In this document: piece by piece, positions 20,242 through 35,300 of the stretch
Numbering within the stretch: the stretch's first letter is position 1
Layout of the letters: every line of letters begins with the position of its first letter
Origin: an uncultured candidatus Porisulfidus sp.
GTDB taxonomy: Bacteria > Pseudomonadota > Gammaproteobacteria > Poriferisulfidales > Oxydemutatoraceae
Reading direction: 5' to 3'
Assembly (NCBI GenBank): GCA_965215125.1
Contig: OZ244052.1
Location: forward strand, 384,001 to 448,000
DNA length: 64,000 nt
The notes under the pieces: generated by a model
Told to the model about the DNA's origin: nothing
Database searches by the model: none
The model's input: only the letters and a program-made list of their open reading frames with translations
Translations under genes and position numbers: made by a program

Positions 20242-20250
20242 ATTATAGCA
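20242..20250 (-). promoter_or_regulatory. Putative sigma70 extended -10 (TGCTATAAT) for copy C
   Basis: Perfect TGnTATAAT in an AT-rich intergenic region. It is conserved at the homologous site upstream of copy B although the flanks diverge. Confidence 0.6.
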
Positions 20251-20306
20251 CATTTACATGGAATTTTCTGAAAATTTAATGCCTTTAATTCTGCAATATC
20301 GTGGAT

Positions 20307-20335
20307 AATTTACCTGCCGGACAATCAGGTAAATT
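20307..20335. terminator. Hairpin AATTTACCTG-N9-CAGGTAAATT downstream of copy B (terminator or operator)
   Basis: Perfect 10-bp inverted repeat about 47 nt past the copy B stop. A degenerate homologue lies at 38273-38301. There is no strong U-tract. Confidence 0.35.
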
Positions 20336-20381
20336 CTTATTTAATCGAAGAATTAATCGCCGGATAAAGGAGGGAAATAGG

Positions 20382-23300
20382 CTAGCGTAAAAGGCCTTCG
20401 GGAAATACTCTGATGTTTACGAAAATATCCGTTGACCGAACCACTGAAGTTCTTAAAACACCCCTAGATCTCACGACATTATATATGAATTGCTGCGGTG
20501 CCGACATCGCCGGAGATGCTAATCCTCGATGCCTATAACCCTGCTTATCGGTATAATCAATCAATACACGATAGCGATCACCTATAATGCCTTCTACGGT
20601 ATGGCTTTGATCGGTGGCACCATCAATATCCAACCAGCTACCCAGCAGTTCCTTTTGCCATCGATAAGCGATCTCGGGGGTAGGATTTGTTCCATCCGAA
20701 TCCGACGATAGATCTATGCCTGCTATGGTATACCTAAAACCATTCAGCGTAGGCGCAGGAACCGATATAACACCGTTATTCTTTTTGATCATGGCGAATT
20801 GTGCCGTTTCACCGGCAACGCCTAAGCCATCGTCAACCGTCAAAACGATATCCACAACATCTGTGTTTTGCATTTCATCAAGCAAGTCGTTTGGTATGCC
20901 ATGCTCATACCTTAAATCGGCACGACCTACTACCGTGCCGGTGCTTCTTTCTATATCCGATAATAGGTTCGGAATCATACTTAGACTATAACTCAACTCG
21001 TCCCCTTCGGGATCTGCTATAGCGGCATTTAATGCAAAGGTTTCACCCTCTACGATTGAAGCAGGTGCGTTAATACTTATCCTCGGCAAACGATTATTAT
21101 TTATCGTCAATTTATAGACAACGGGGGCTTCCATTCCCGCCGCATTACTCGTCGCAACACGAATAACCGTAGAGGTAGGCTCGGAAGTATTGAGCAAGAC
21201 AGAATAACCGGTATCGTTTGTCGGCAGGACATTGCCGTCGGCTATGATACTCGCATCGGGATTAGCGGCTATCGGGGTGACTCTTAGTTCGCTCGCATCG
21301 GCATGAACCGACACCGTATAAGTCGTAACCGCAGGATCAAAGTCGGGGGAGAGATACAAATGCCCTGCGCCTACATTTTGTTCCAACTTTAGAGATCGCA
21401 AACCGATACGTTGATGGAGTAACAATCTACCGCAATCCGGCGACGGCGTTGAAGTGCCACAGGTGTTATCGCGGTATTTGAGTACCGGATACTCATCGGC
21501 GGTGCCGAAATCCCAATCATCGCTATCCCAAGTGTAATAAATATCGTTTACCATCGTCCCCGGTGCAGTCGGCATTTGCAATTCAGTCTTAGCGGTGCCG
21601 CCTCCCGGAGAGTTCGTCTGCCCACTTGCATCGGTATCCCAATAGCTATTAGCCACGATTAGTCCGGGTGATTGTCTTATGCCGATTAAACCGCCTACAT
21701 ACTGTGCATCGGTGTTGGCTGTTGCAACAAAGGTTGTTTTTACCTCGGCAGCCGAGTAGCTGTTGCTGACACTGCCACCTGCCCATAAGGTACCGACTAG
21801 ACCTCCGACAGCTTGCTTTTTATCACTAATGCTAACCGAACCTGCCGCATAGCCGTTGCTAATAGCACCTTGATTCTCGCCGACCAGACCGCCCGCATCC
21901 CGCTCTGCCGAAACATCGGCAACCGCATAGCTTTTGCTAATCATACCAAAGTTTACGCCACAGATGCCACCTACAAAACGAGAACCTCCGACAGTGCCAC
22001 GCGCATAGCTATTTATAATCGACGCACCCGACACGCTTACGCCGGTTAACAGACCGATAATATTATTTTGTCCTACGACACTGCCTCCATCGACATAGGC
22101 ATTTATTAGTTCACCCTCGTTGCGACCGACTAGACCACCGACCCTAGCATTACCTCTTATTTCTATTGCCGATAATCCGAGATTGCGAATGGTGCCGGTA
22201 TTTCCGGCAAACAGACCTATTTCATCGGTGGTGTCTCTATTGATCCGTAAATTGGTGATCCTATATCCGTTGCCGTCAAAAATACCGGCGAAACAGTCGC
22301 TATCCGCATCGCTACAGTCATTGTTAGTAACAGTGCCTATGGGTTGCCAACCTGCAGCGGTCGTCCAAGCCACTTTATTGGCGGTTGAACTATAGCTTGC
22401 ATCGTCTAGAAAATCCAAATCCCTAACCAATTCATAGCCTCTGCATCGGCCGTCGGGACAACCTGTAGCAATCTTGCTCGCCGTAGAACTCGCACGATAG
22501 CCGCTGCCGTCCGGTTGATAACGAACCGCATTGAGATCCTCGAGGGTTTCAATTTCTATTAAGCCGTCGTTGTCTTTGTCTTTATGCGTAGCGATGTCTG
22601 CATACGGCGGGGCATCGTGATGAATGTTCGTCCGGTAACCCTGTCCATCGGTATAGCTTATAGAAAGTCTATATTGTGCGTTGCGAGCATCTTCGGGAGG
22701 CGTATAGCTTTTTCGGGTCGCACCGGGGATCGCAATAAATTTACCGTTCTGTTCCAGCAACCATCGATAGCCGATATCGGTCAACGGCCCTCCGTCTATA
22801 TCATCCGACAAATTGCTCGCTGAAAGCGTATCGCTACTTATCCATTTCACGGTACTTGTGGAATTTCCATTATTTGCCTTTCTCACCGATATTGGTATCT
22901 CTCTTACGGAAGATTCCGGATTATTGATTTCGTTAAATTCCCATCTTAGGGTCACCATGCTATCGTCCTCGTCCCTTGCGACAAAATCGACAGGTACCGT
23001 AAACTCTCGGGTAGCCATCGTCTCTGACAGCGGCTTCCCCGATACCCAACTCGATCGAAATGCAAATAGTCGACCGATTAGCCCATCCCAGGCGATATCA
23101 AAGCGCACAACATCCCCTTCGTCTAAGAAAAGAATACTTTGTTTAGGTATATCGGTAAGGGGAGTACCGTTTATTGTTTTGCGAATATTCGGCAGAATCG
23201 GGTACTTTAAGCGCACCTGTACTTGATAGTTCGCTTTTCTATTATTCCCGAGCGTGGTCTCAATTTTAAGTCTGAACGACTTATTCGCACTAATTTGCAC

Positions 23301-26300
23301 GGTGCCGTCCGATTGTTTGGTCAGAGGTGCGCCGCCGTCTTTACGAATCGTTATCGCGGTACCTTCGTCGGCATCGGTAGCGATATTTATAATCAACGGC
23401 AATTCTTCGGTTTCAATGATTGCTTCGTAGTTAAACCTACTCGACTTAAAGCTCGGGGTCAGCCGCACAGCTCTTGAATTGGCAGATAAGCTCAGCCGAT
23501 CCAATAAAAGCGCATCGGCAATCTGACCGGACAATAAAGCATTACAACTCGGCAACGCCGTTCCGGGATCGGTGTCGCAACCCGGGTCGGCCGCATCCAA
23601 TCCGACGCCGTATTTGAGTGCCGGATATTGCTCTGCATTACCGAAGTGCCAATCGGTAGTACTCCAATTCGTATAAGTTCTGCAATTGCGAATAATACCA
23701 CTATCTTCTATACATGCCGCATAATTAAAATCCGGCGTTGTAGCGGATTGAAGCCCAAAACTCAACCTTGCACCGGGATGCACCGAAGTGGGAGCGAAGC
23801 TCTTATAACAAAACACTACGGGTATCCTATTATTATCCGAGTCGAATATTAAACCCTCATTACAATTCATGCTAAAATTCCAATAACTATTGACCGGCTT
23901 TGCAATAGAACCGTTGCCGACGGGAAACCTGCCGGCAACCAAGCCATTGAGTGTGCCGTCACCCGAAACCTCACCTAGGGTATAACTATTTTCAATCGCT
24001 GAGTTATTATTAAAACCGACTAAACCACCGGCAACTCTGTCGTTTGAGTTTACGCAGGTGCCGAACCCGGTCTCTACATTGCCGGTTGCATAACTGTTTT
24101 TGATTTCGCTCCTTTTCGGTAGCTCGTCTGAGTTGGTAGAAAACTGATTGCCTACCAAACCCCCGACGATGCAAGGTCCTTTCACTTCACCGGTCGCATA
24201 GCTGTTATATACCTTGCCTCCGTCTATGTTCCTACCGACCAAACCGCCCACTCCGACCCGCTTGTTTGCTAGTGTTCCGGAATCTTCGGCAGTCACATTG
24301 ATCCTCGCATAACTATTGAGTATAAAACCTTTATTCCAGCCGACCATCCCGCCTATGAATCCTATACCGTTGCCGAAGCCGACATCACCTGTTATTATTT
24401 TATCGGTGTTTCCTGCTCCGACATCGCCGACCACATAGCTATTCATGATGACACCGCCGCGTTCTATTCTGCCGGCAATACCACCTACATTTTTGATCCC
24501 AGCTAAACCTTTGATTGTCGGATCTACCAATCCCAAGTTCTTAACCCTTCCACCTGAACCAATATTAGAAAATAGACCTATATTGCTTTGATAGCCGACG
24601 CTACGATTTATTTGCATATTGGATATCGTATAACCGTTGCCGTTAAATACGGCATTAAACCCACTTATAGGCTGCCAACCCGAATCGCTTGCATCCCTAA
24701 AATCACTCACCGTCCAACTATTTTTGAGTAGCGACGGACTCGGTGTACGATAGCTTGCATCGTCGGTAAAATCTAAATCGTTCATCAGTTCGTAACCCTT
24801 GCAGCCACCAGAGGCACAACCCGTTGTGTTGGTCGTAGACATTGCATCGGCTTTATAACCCGAACCATCCAAAACATAGCGTATCGCGTCCAAATCTTCC
24901 AAATAACGAATCTCTATCAAACCGTCGTTATCGTCGTCTATGTCTAAATAGTCTATAACTCTGGATGCCAGTTGTTCACGATAACCTTGATTGTCTTCGT
25001 AAGTAGCAAGTACACGATATTGATAAGCACCTTCGTTGGGAATAGTATACGTAGACTCGCTCCCGACATTGATCCAATCTTCTGCATCGCTACGACGACG
25101 TTGCCATTGTATATGAGTTTCGGCAAGGCCACCGTCGCGGTCTACAAAATCGCTACCGTCTTCTCTTTCAAGTCGAACGGCATAAGTATAGGGTTTATCG
25201 TTATCTTCAATTAAGCGAATACGATCGGCAATATCGTTGTTCGCTTTGGAAACTATCAATGATATCGCTCTGCTCATATACACATCGCCCACACCGATTT
25301 CCGCCGTCAACTGTACGACATGGCTATCGTCTTGCTTAGACACTACATCGCCGGGTACCGTAAAATCCAATACGGCACTTTGTGTGTCAACCGACGATAG
25401 CCTGTCGTTGAACTTCAGCACATCGCCTGCCGATTGCTGCCATTTGTAGCGATATAAATCTTCATCCAAAGTAAAATTATACGAAATCATTAGGCGAACA
25501 CGCTCGCCTTCGGCTACCGACAGCGATAGTGGCACGATTGTCGTTGTTGTTGCCGTCACTCGTTCAATTTTTAGTTCGTCATAACGTACTGAGAAGTGAT
25601 AAGACAATTCGCCGGCATCGGGGTTATGCGTGGTTATAGTAATTTCCGGTGTATGGCTACCGTCCAATACAAACGATGTAGGAATACCCGACGAACATAT
25701 CAAACCATTGCGACAAGCAATATCTATAGTCGTGCCTACCCGTGTCGATGTGGTATCGACTCGTACTTCGGTCATTCGGGCAGACTCGGCTATGAGCTCG
25801 TAGTCAAAAATGAGCGGATGAAAAGACGGGAATAGTCGGACATTGTTCGATAGGGTCAAACTCTGCAACAGACTTTTCCCTTCGGGAACAAGCAACGGCA
25901 CATCGGCAATCGCTTTCAGCTCGGGATAGCGACTCGCATCTGCGAACTCCCAAACATCGGCATCCCAGTTTTTATAAATACTATTAATCGGAGAAGTCGG
26001 CGTAGACGATCGGAGTATTGCCGTGGTCGCAGAAGAGCCGCCGGCACTCGATGCGATACCGCTCGCCTCTATATCCCAATAACTATCGTCAACTACCGCA
26101 TCGTTGACGGCAACCAAACCACCTACTTTAGACCTCGCACCGACGGCTATAACCCTATTCACCGCATAGCTGTTGATGATTTCGCTCGAGTCTCGGTTGA
26201 TAGCAACCAAACCACCGACGGTGTCCTGACCGATTATAGACCCTATCGCATAGCTATTCTCAATGCGACTGCGATTGTCGTTTAAGGCAACCAGACCACC

Positions 26301-29300
26301 TGCCAGTGCCACCGATAATCTAGCCGCTAGATTAGCCTTCACTTGGGTTTCCGAGTATGACTCGGTAATCAAACCGGCAACATTCCTGCCGACCAAGCCG
26401 CCTACCATTGCCGATGTGCCGTTACCTCTCGCTGCTACATAACCACTCGCATAACTCCGGCTAATATCGCCCGCTCGGTTATAGCCGACCAGACCACCAA
26501 CATGCGCACCTCCGACTATATCTACACCCGTCAAACCAATACCTTCTATTACGACATCGCTTTTGCTGCCGTCTAGCACACCGAACAGTCCGATATAGTC
26601 GCTATCCGGGCTATTCACTCTCAAATTAGAAATCGTATAGCCGTTGCCTTTGAATATTGACGTGAACGGATGTAGCGAGGTGCCTATCGGCTGCCAGCCT
26701 GACCCGGTAGTCCAGGCGGTGTTCACGCTCCCCGCTCGGTAATGTGCCGGATTATCAAAGTCTAAATCTTGCAATAACTCATAGCCTTTGCAACCGGTCA
26801 TCGGACAACCTTTGGCACTTTCTATCAATACACCATCGGCGTTTTGATGCCTAAGACTTCTGCCGTCCAACGCATTGCGTATCGCATCCAAATCTTCCAG
26901 TGTTAGAATATCTATCAACCCATCTTTATCGGTATCGACATCCTCTTCAAAACCGGAAGAGAAATAATCGACTTCAAAGCGATATCGGATGCGCCGATCC
27001 CCCGAAACTTCAACACTAATCACGGTCGTATCGGTCGAATGCAACGCAATTGCCGAACTGCCGGTGCCGGTTTTGACCGTCTCGTCAAAACCATTATCAC
27101 TAACGATGCGAATGGTTGCATCCTCATCCAGTGCATTCGGTGTCAAATGTAACTGCTTTATGTTTGCATCCAATTCTACGCCGAGGCGATAATGCAATTT
27201 AGTCGTACTGAAGTTCGGAGATAAGGTCACAACTTCTGCGATCGTTAAACTTGCCAAACCATAAGACTGTAAGCCGGCGAGCGTGCTTTCGGTGTTGGTG
27301 GTATATTTAAGAATCGGATAGTGATATACATCGCCGAAATGCCAATCGTTATCGCGCCACCGGTAATACACTCCGCCTGCATCCGACGATTGACCGGTGC
27401 CCGATTGCAGTTGCAGGGCAGTCTTGCCGATACCGGCGGCGGATATTCGTATGTTGCTCACACCGGTATCCCAATAGCTATTTGCTACATGACCACCGAC
27501 ATTACGACCGATTAGCCCGCCCGTGGCAACCGTATACGAGCTACACGCAGGCACACCGGTGCATACGATATCCGCCATCGCATAACTGTTGCGAACCGAA
27601 CCACCGTTGTCACCGACCAAACCGCCTATAAGTGTAACTCCTTCAACAACACCGCTTGCATAAGTGTTTGCAATAGAACCGAGGTTCAAGGCGACCAAAC
27701 CACCTATACTATCGTTGCCCGATACACGGTTCAAGCTGTAGCTGTTTGTAATCACCCCGGCGTTTTCGTTGCGAGCGACCAAACCACCGACCATACGACC
27801 GCCCGATACCGCACCGTAAGCATAACTATTGGAAATCCGACCGACATTATAAGCAACCAATCCTCCGACATCACGTTCTCCGACCACCGTAGCATCGGCA
27901 GAGCTGTTGTCTATAATCCCAGCATTATAGGCGGTCAGACTTCCGACACCGAAGCGACCCCCGACCTCTACATCCGCCAAGTTAACATTTCTGACTTGCG
28001 CAGCGTCGGCTAATGCCGCAAATAGACCGACATTGTCGGTAGCGGTTTTATCTATACGCAGATTTGAAATGGTATGATTGTTGCCGTCGAATATCGCCGC
28101 AAAGCATCGGCTTTGCGTACCGATACAATCAAGCGTCGTAGCGTCGATCGCCCCGATCGGATGCCAGTCAAAACCGGAAAGGTCTATGCTCGCCACAAGT
28201 TCGTAGCCTTTGCAACCGACGGTCGGGGTGGTCGGACACCCCAAGGCGATTTTGGTATCGTCGCGACTCGCTTTATAACCGCTACCGTCCAGTTGATAAC
28301 GAATCGCATTTAGGTCCTCCGCACTGCGAACTTCTATCAAACCGTCGTCGTCTTCGTCTATATCGTTGACGGTAATAAGGGAATGTCTGATGACCCCAAA
28401 ATGATAGGTCGTTGTTTGCGTGGTCATAGATGTCAGAGGTTCATCTACTACCAATGTCAACAAGGAATTGTTGAGATTGTCTATTATTACACTATGAGCT
28501 CTACCGCTTTGCAATTTTTTGGTTCCGTTTTTATCGCTGATCACGATCATCGCTTGCGAGTTAAATGAATGCGGAATAATACTAAATTCACGCGCATCGC
28601 TTTTTACTATCAACTCGTAATCGTATATCCCGGAATTAAAGTCGGGTCTTAGCAGAAAAACCTGACCGATTCGATTTGAGTGCGCTAGATTGCTTAAGCC
28701 AATACCCTGATTTAGCAACAAAGTTCCACACATCGGCAATTCGGTATCGGCATCTTCGGTTGTTCGGCACGCCGGGCGAGTGATTATATCGGTAGCACTG
28801 GTATACCTTAATACCGGATATTGACCGGACTCGGAATACCAATCGTTGCTATCCCAGTTGCTATAGATCCCATCTCCGATCGCAGCTGTTCGAAGCTCTG
28901 TTGTCGTCTTGCCGATACCGGTAACATCATCCCCGTCGTCTGCCACCCCGCTCGTAACAACATCCCAATAACTCGCATCGGCACTGCCAAGCGAAGCTCG
29001 ACCCAATAATCCACCGATAAGCCTTCTGCTCGTCACCTTGCCGATCGCATAGCTATTACTCACCACGATCCCCGATTGTGATAGCTCACCTACCAAGCCA
29101 CCGACAAAGTCACTTCCGATAACCGCACCGCTCGCATAACTATTGTGAATATCCCTAGTCGAAATACCGACTAAACCACCTACAAAGTCATTCCCGACAA
29201 CCGCACCGCTTGCATAACTATTATGAATTTTTCCACCTATTGCATTAGAACCGACTAAACCGCCGGTAATGGCAAAGCGTCCATTTACCGAAACATCTGC

Positions 29301-32300
29301 ATAGCTATTGACGATCGTGCCACCGTCATTCCTACCGACCAAACCTCCTACATAGAGATGGCCTTGAACATCACCGCCGATCACATAGCTGTTGACGATT
29401 TCACCTAAATTAAGACCTACCAAAGTACCGATACTATAGAGATCATGCCGGCTCATATCAATATCCACATTGAGTAGACCGATATGCTCAATTCTCGCAC
29501 CGTCCGCCACAACACCGAATAAACCGATATCGCCGACCGGCATACCCTGAATCCTCAAGTTTGATATCGTATGTGCATTTCCGTTGAATAAACCGCTAAA
29601 AGGATTGCGACGGTTTCCTATCGGTTGCCAACCCGCACCGGTCGTCCATATCGGGTTGATCACACCCGCACGATAACTCGTAGGATTCTTAAAATCTAAA
29701 TCTCTAGCCAATTTATAACCCTTACACCGCCTCGCACCGTCCTCGGTGTCTATAGGGCAATCCTTCAAGGTGGCGGATACCTGCGCCAAAGCGTAACGCA
29801 TCAGGTTCAAGTCGTCTAGATAATCAATCGTTATGAAGTCATCGACTACTGCGATATCTTGCAATACCTTAATCGTATAGAATGTCGGCATGCCTTGTGT
29901 TGCGGATTGAACCTTAAGCACAATACTATCTAAATCGTCGCTTAGAGTAAACAATGAACTTTGCCCGCTACGCTTTGATGAACTCAAGCCACCTGCATCT
30001 ACGGTGATCGTATCGGTGCCGTAATAAGCGGTCGGTGTGGTACGAACCTTATCGCCCGAACCAACGACTAAATGATAGTCGTATATCTCAAGATTAAATG
30101 CCGGAAGCAAGCGTGCATTTTTTGAAAGCTCCATTTGAACCAACCCGGCACGTTGTTCGGGTAGCAAGGCTCCGCAATACGGTTGTTGTTTCGGCAATCT
30201 CGGTAAATGACTACGACAAATAATCGTCTTGTCATGCTCCGACAAGCCTGCAGATAATCTGCCGTTGCACTCCGATAATTGCTGCGGCAACGGTTGTCTG
30301 CATGCCGTATTGTCGTCATCGCCTGTTGCATAAAGCAACGCCGGATATTGATCTGCATTACCGAAGTGCCAATCGGCTCTATCCCACCCGGTATAAATAT
30401 CATTCGACGGCACACCGGCTTCAAGTTCTATCATAGTTTTATCGGTGCCGATCAGTGAATCGGTCCCGGAGATAACCGCACCTTTTCTGTAATAGCTATC
30501 GACAACCGTATGTTCGGCTTTATAGGTTGCTACCAAACCTCCCGCACTTCCACTATTTGCCTGCACATCACCGATTGTATAGCTCATGTGAATTTTTGAA
30601 TGATTAATACCGACCAAACCGCCTACATTGCCTGCACGCCCATTACTTGCTTGCACATCACCGACTGCATAGCTATTAACAATAGAACCACCTATTTCAT
30701 TCCAACCGACCAAACCGCCGGCGCGATTATTATCCACTTGTACGTCAACATGCGCATAGCTGTTGACGATTGTGCCGTGTCTTTTTCTACCCACCAAACC
30801 GCCACCGTCGTTGACCTTGGCTAAGAGCTTACCCTCTGCATAGCTATTGATAATCGTACCAAAGCTGTAACCGGCGATGGTGCCGACATTACTCTGTCCG
30901 GTGATATTCACATTCATTAGACCGACATTCTCAACTCTGCCACCGGCTCCGATCGCTCCGAATAAACCTACCTCATTGGTACTGCCCGCCTTTATGGTCA
31001 AATTGGAAATCGTGTAGCCGTTGCCTTTGAATACACCGCTAAAAGGTTTATTAAAAGTACCTATGGGCCACCAAGAAATCCCGGCAAGGTCTATGTCGGC
31101 AGTCAATTCATACCCTCTGCACCCGTTAGCACAATAGATCGCATCGGCGGTCTCGCGTTCTTGATAAGCACTACCGTGCAGACGGTGACGGACGGCATTC
31201 AAATGTGTCGCATTGCTTATATCTATTAATCCATCACCGTCTTCGTCTATGTTTTGCGCGACGACGTCGAGTCGATTGACGACGAATTGATATCGGTACG
31301 AATGTCGTTTGCCGTCTTTTACGACCAAACTAAAAACCGTATCGACGAAGTCGTTCAACGGAATAGGCACCGTCCATTCACCGCTATCGGTTTCTCCTAT
31401 TGCGTTGCCATTCTTAACAACCTCAATCTTTGCTGCCCTATTAAACGCAGTCGGTAACATGCGAATAGTACTGCGATCGGCATTGACCGATATACCGTAA
31501 TCAAATGATGTGGAATTAAAAGAACCGGACAAACCTGCGCTTTCGGATAATTTTAGGTCTTGCAATAAACTCCCTTGATGACGAAGCAAAGTGTGGCACG
31601 CATCGGGACGTCTCTGAATATCCGCCACATCACAATATGCATCACCATCGGTAGAGTCGGCACGCAAATTATACTTGATCGCCGGGTATTGCTTAGCGGT
31701 GCCGAAATCCCAGTTATCGCTACCCCAGCTCGTATAGATACCGGTCGCACTCGTCGGTGATTGAAGTTCGGCGGTGCGCTTACCCTCTCCCAAAGTCACA
31801 TTGGTTTCGGAAATATCTTCGTCTAAATAAATTGTGTAGACAGTCGGCGCAAGCCGATCTTGCGGATTCCTATTGCCACCGAATAAGCCTTGCGACACAC
31901 CGGCTTTGGTTGCCGAAACGCTCGCATAGCTGTTGCCGATATCAATGGCAGACGATGTGCGCACGCCGATTAAACCGCCTATAAACGCGTCATCGTGTTC
32001 TGCGGTAATCGTGCCGACCACATAACTGTCGGTGATGCTAAGAGTGGAATCTACATCGCCGACCAAACCGCCGGCAACTGCCGATCGACCGTTGACGGCA
32101 AGATTACCGACAAAATAACTATTGCTAATTCGGGCACGCCCGCCACTCGTTCCACTAATAGTATTGACCAAACCGGCGACAGCGGCGACTCCTTCTATAT
32201 TTCCTATCACATAACTATTGCTTATCGTACACCGCTTACACGATGCGGCAATGCCGGCAACCACACCCCCTTTAATATCCACACCCGACAATCCGATACC

Positions 32301-35300
32301 GTCTATATAGGCAACACGACTATCGCTACCTATAACTACAAAAAGACCACCTCTGGACCTCACACTTAAATTGGCAATCGTTTTATTATTGCCTTTGAAT
32401 GTGCCGGTAAAGGTTCCTGCTATAGGTTTCCAAGCACCCGCACCCGTCCATCGTCCCATATTCTCCTCGGCATTGCGATAACTACCGACATCGTTAAAAT
32501 CCAAATCTCTTAACAATTCATAACCACGACATCCCGTACTCGGACAGCCCGATGTAATCTTGACCGACCCGACATTCGCTTTATAGCCGCTACCGTCCAA
32601 CTGATAGCGGATCGCATTCAAATCTTCCAAATAATCGATATCGACGAGACCGTCGCCGTCTTCGTCTATGACCCTATGAGGCGCATAACTCAGATAAAGC
32701 GTATATCTAACCGTCTGCGTGCTTTCTACTTCAATAATCACTTTTTTTACTTCGTCATTTTTCAACGAAATCAAAAAGTTCATATTGTTACTGTCTAGGG
32801 TTTCTCTCACAGACCCTATAATGTTAATACGCGCAGTCGGTTCTATCGCAACCGGAGTCAAACGCACACTTGGATGGTCGCTGACCGCCGTACCGAAATA
32901 AACGCCGCTTTGGTTGAGCCTCTCAATATCAAGCGGTGGAGAGAATGTAACATCATTTGCCGCCGTTAAATAACGCAAGCCGTAGCGAAAACCCGGCGAT
33001 ATTAAATTGCCACATTGCGACATTCCCGATAAATCACATTCAAAAACACTTTCGGTTGCAGTGGTATATTTAAGTATCGGGTATTGTTGCGGTGTTCCGA
33101 AATCCCAATCGCCGGTATCCCAATCTTTATAAATACTATTCGGCATCACAGGGGTTGCCGATCGAAGCTGTGTTGAGGTCTGCCCGATACCATTATTGCC
33201 TCCGGTTGCAATGGTGTCGGTATTCCAATAGCTTGCGACAGGTGTGCGGCCATCGTTGATACCGACTAAACTGCCTCTGGTGTTGCTACCACCGCCGAGT
33301 TCGCCGATCGCATAACTACTTTTTATAGAGCCAAGGTTATATCCAACCAACCCACCTGCGATAGCACCAACAACACTAACCGCCGCATAACCGTTAATAA
33401 TCCGTGCTTGCGAATCATTCCAACCGACCAAACCGCCGATAATAGTACTACCTTCTCCCGGCAGAACCTTACCGGTCGCATAACTATTGGCAATTAGACT
33501 CCGATTAAGACCCACCAAACCACCGAACCGCGAGCCGCCCGAACTCGGTATTACGATACTATCGGCATGACTATTGATAATCCTGCCATCGTTATCTCCG
33601 ATTAGACCACCGAGCGATGAAGTTCCTAACACCTCGACTATTGCATAACTGCCGATAACATCTCCGCCGTCGTTGTTTGCGACCAGACCACCGCCCACAC
33701 CCTCGATACTTTTTGATACAACACTGCCACTGACATAGCTATAGCCGACTTGTCCTCGGTGAGTGCCGATCAGTCCGGCAACTTTAGCTCCACCTTCTAC
33801 TTTCACATTCAACAAACCGATATTGCTTATCAGTGCATCGGATGTGCTAACTCCGAATAAACTTTGATTGTCAACATCGTCTCTATTGATCTGCAAACCC
33901 GATATCGTATAACCATTGCCGTCGAAGCGACCGGCAAAAGGCTCCGACTCGTTGCCCATGGGCACCCAACCCGTATCGGTGGCATCCTGGTAATCATCTA
34001 CCGTCCAAAAAATCCTATTCAACGGCTCCAGATAACTCTCGCTATCTGCAAAATCCAAGTCCCTAGTTAACTTATAAGAGCCCGTCGGTCGATCTCGTAT
34101 CGCATCTAAGTCTTCTAGGTAGTTAATCGGCATAATCCTATCGTCGGCAATACTTTGATAACCGATATACAGCGCATAGCGTACGGTTACAGTTCCTTGC
34201 ACTTCAATGTGAATACGTGTCATACCGGTTGGCTGTAAAGAAATTGCTTTACTCGTCTCGCCGCTTCGGATGCCGTCGTACGCGGTGTTGTCGTCGCCGA
34301 TATAGAAACGAATGTGCGCAGCCGGTTCTATCGCCGTCGGAATCAACCGTATCGTATTATCGGTACTGCGCAGACTACCGATATAAATACCGCTTCGGTT
34401 TTGTGCCTCTATATCAAACTTGGGAGATAGAACAACACCGTCCGCCGTCGCCAAACTGTGTAAACCGTAGCGTAAGCGAGGCGATATCAACTCGCCGCAT
34501 TGCGGCACTCCCGGCACACCGCAGGCATCACCGTCGGGTCCCGGTGCGTATTTGAGGATAGGATATTGCGCGCTGTTGCCGAAATCCCAATCGGCATCGT
34601 CCCATTCTTCGTATATCCCGATTGCCGCAGTAGGCAATTGCATTTGCCGCGTACTCTGACCGCTCCCGTGACGATTTTGTGCGCCACCAATCTCGACATT
34701 CCAGTAGCTTGCTCTAATGCTTCCTCCATTGATCGCAACCAAACCGCCGCCGCTTCCCTGCACCCTACCGACGGCATAACTGTTGCTAACCCTTGCTGCA
34801 GCTATTTGATTAACACCGACCAAGCCTGCTACATCACTGTTTCCGGAAACTTCGCCGTCTGCATAGCTATTCGTTATAGACCCTCGGTTGATACCGGTTA
34901 AACCGCCTACATGCGCATCCCCTCCCACATCACCACCGGCATAGCTATTGATTACCCGTGCATTGATAGCATTCCAACCTATAAGCCCTCCCACATTGTT
35001 TGATCGTCTCTCTGAAATCCGAACCGTTGCATGACTATTGATCACTACACCCTCATTGGTGCCGACTAAACCACCCAGATGGCTCGGAACCGAACTTTGC
35101 ATCGAAATATCCGAGCCGGCATAGCTATTGATGATTTTACCGTTGTTCACTCCGACAATGCCACCTACTAAACTATTCGCCGTAAACTCCCCGACCGCAT
35201 AACTGCCGACGATAGTACCGGCATTAATACCCACCAGACCGCCGATATACCGCCTCCCTTCTATCTTTACATTCAGCAAGCCTATATTTCTTATGCTAGC

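Noticed and set aside
20365-20381. Strong SD-like AAAGGAGG on the + strand after the B and A stops
   Set aside because: No start codon or ORF follows at a suitable spacing.
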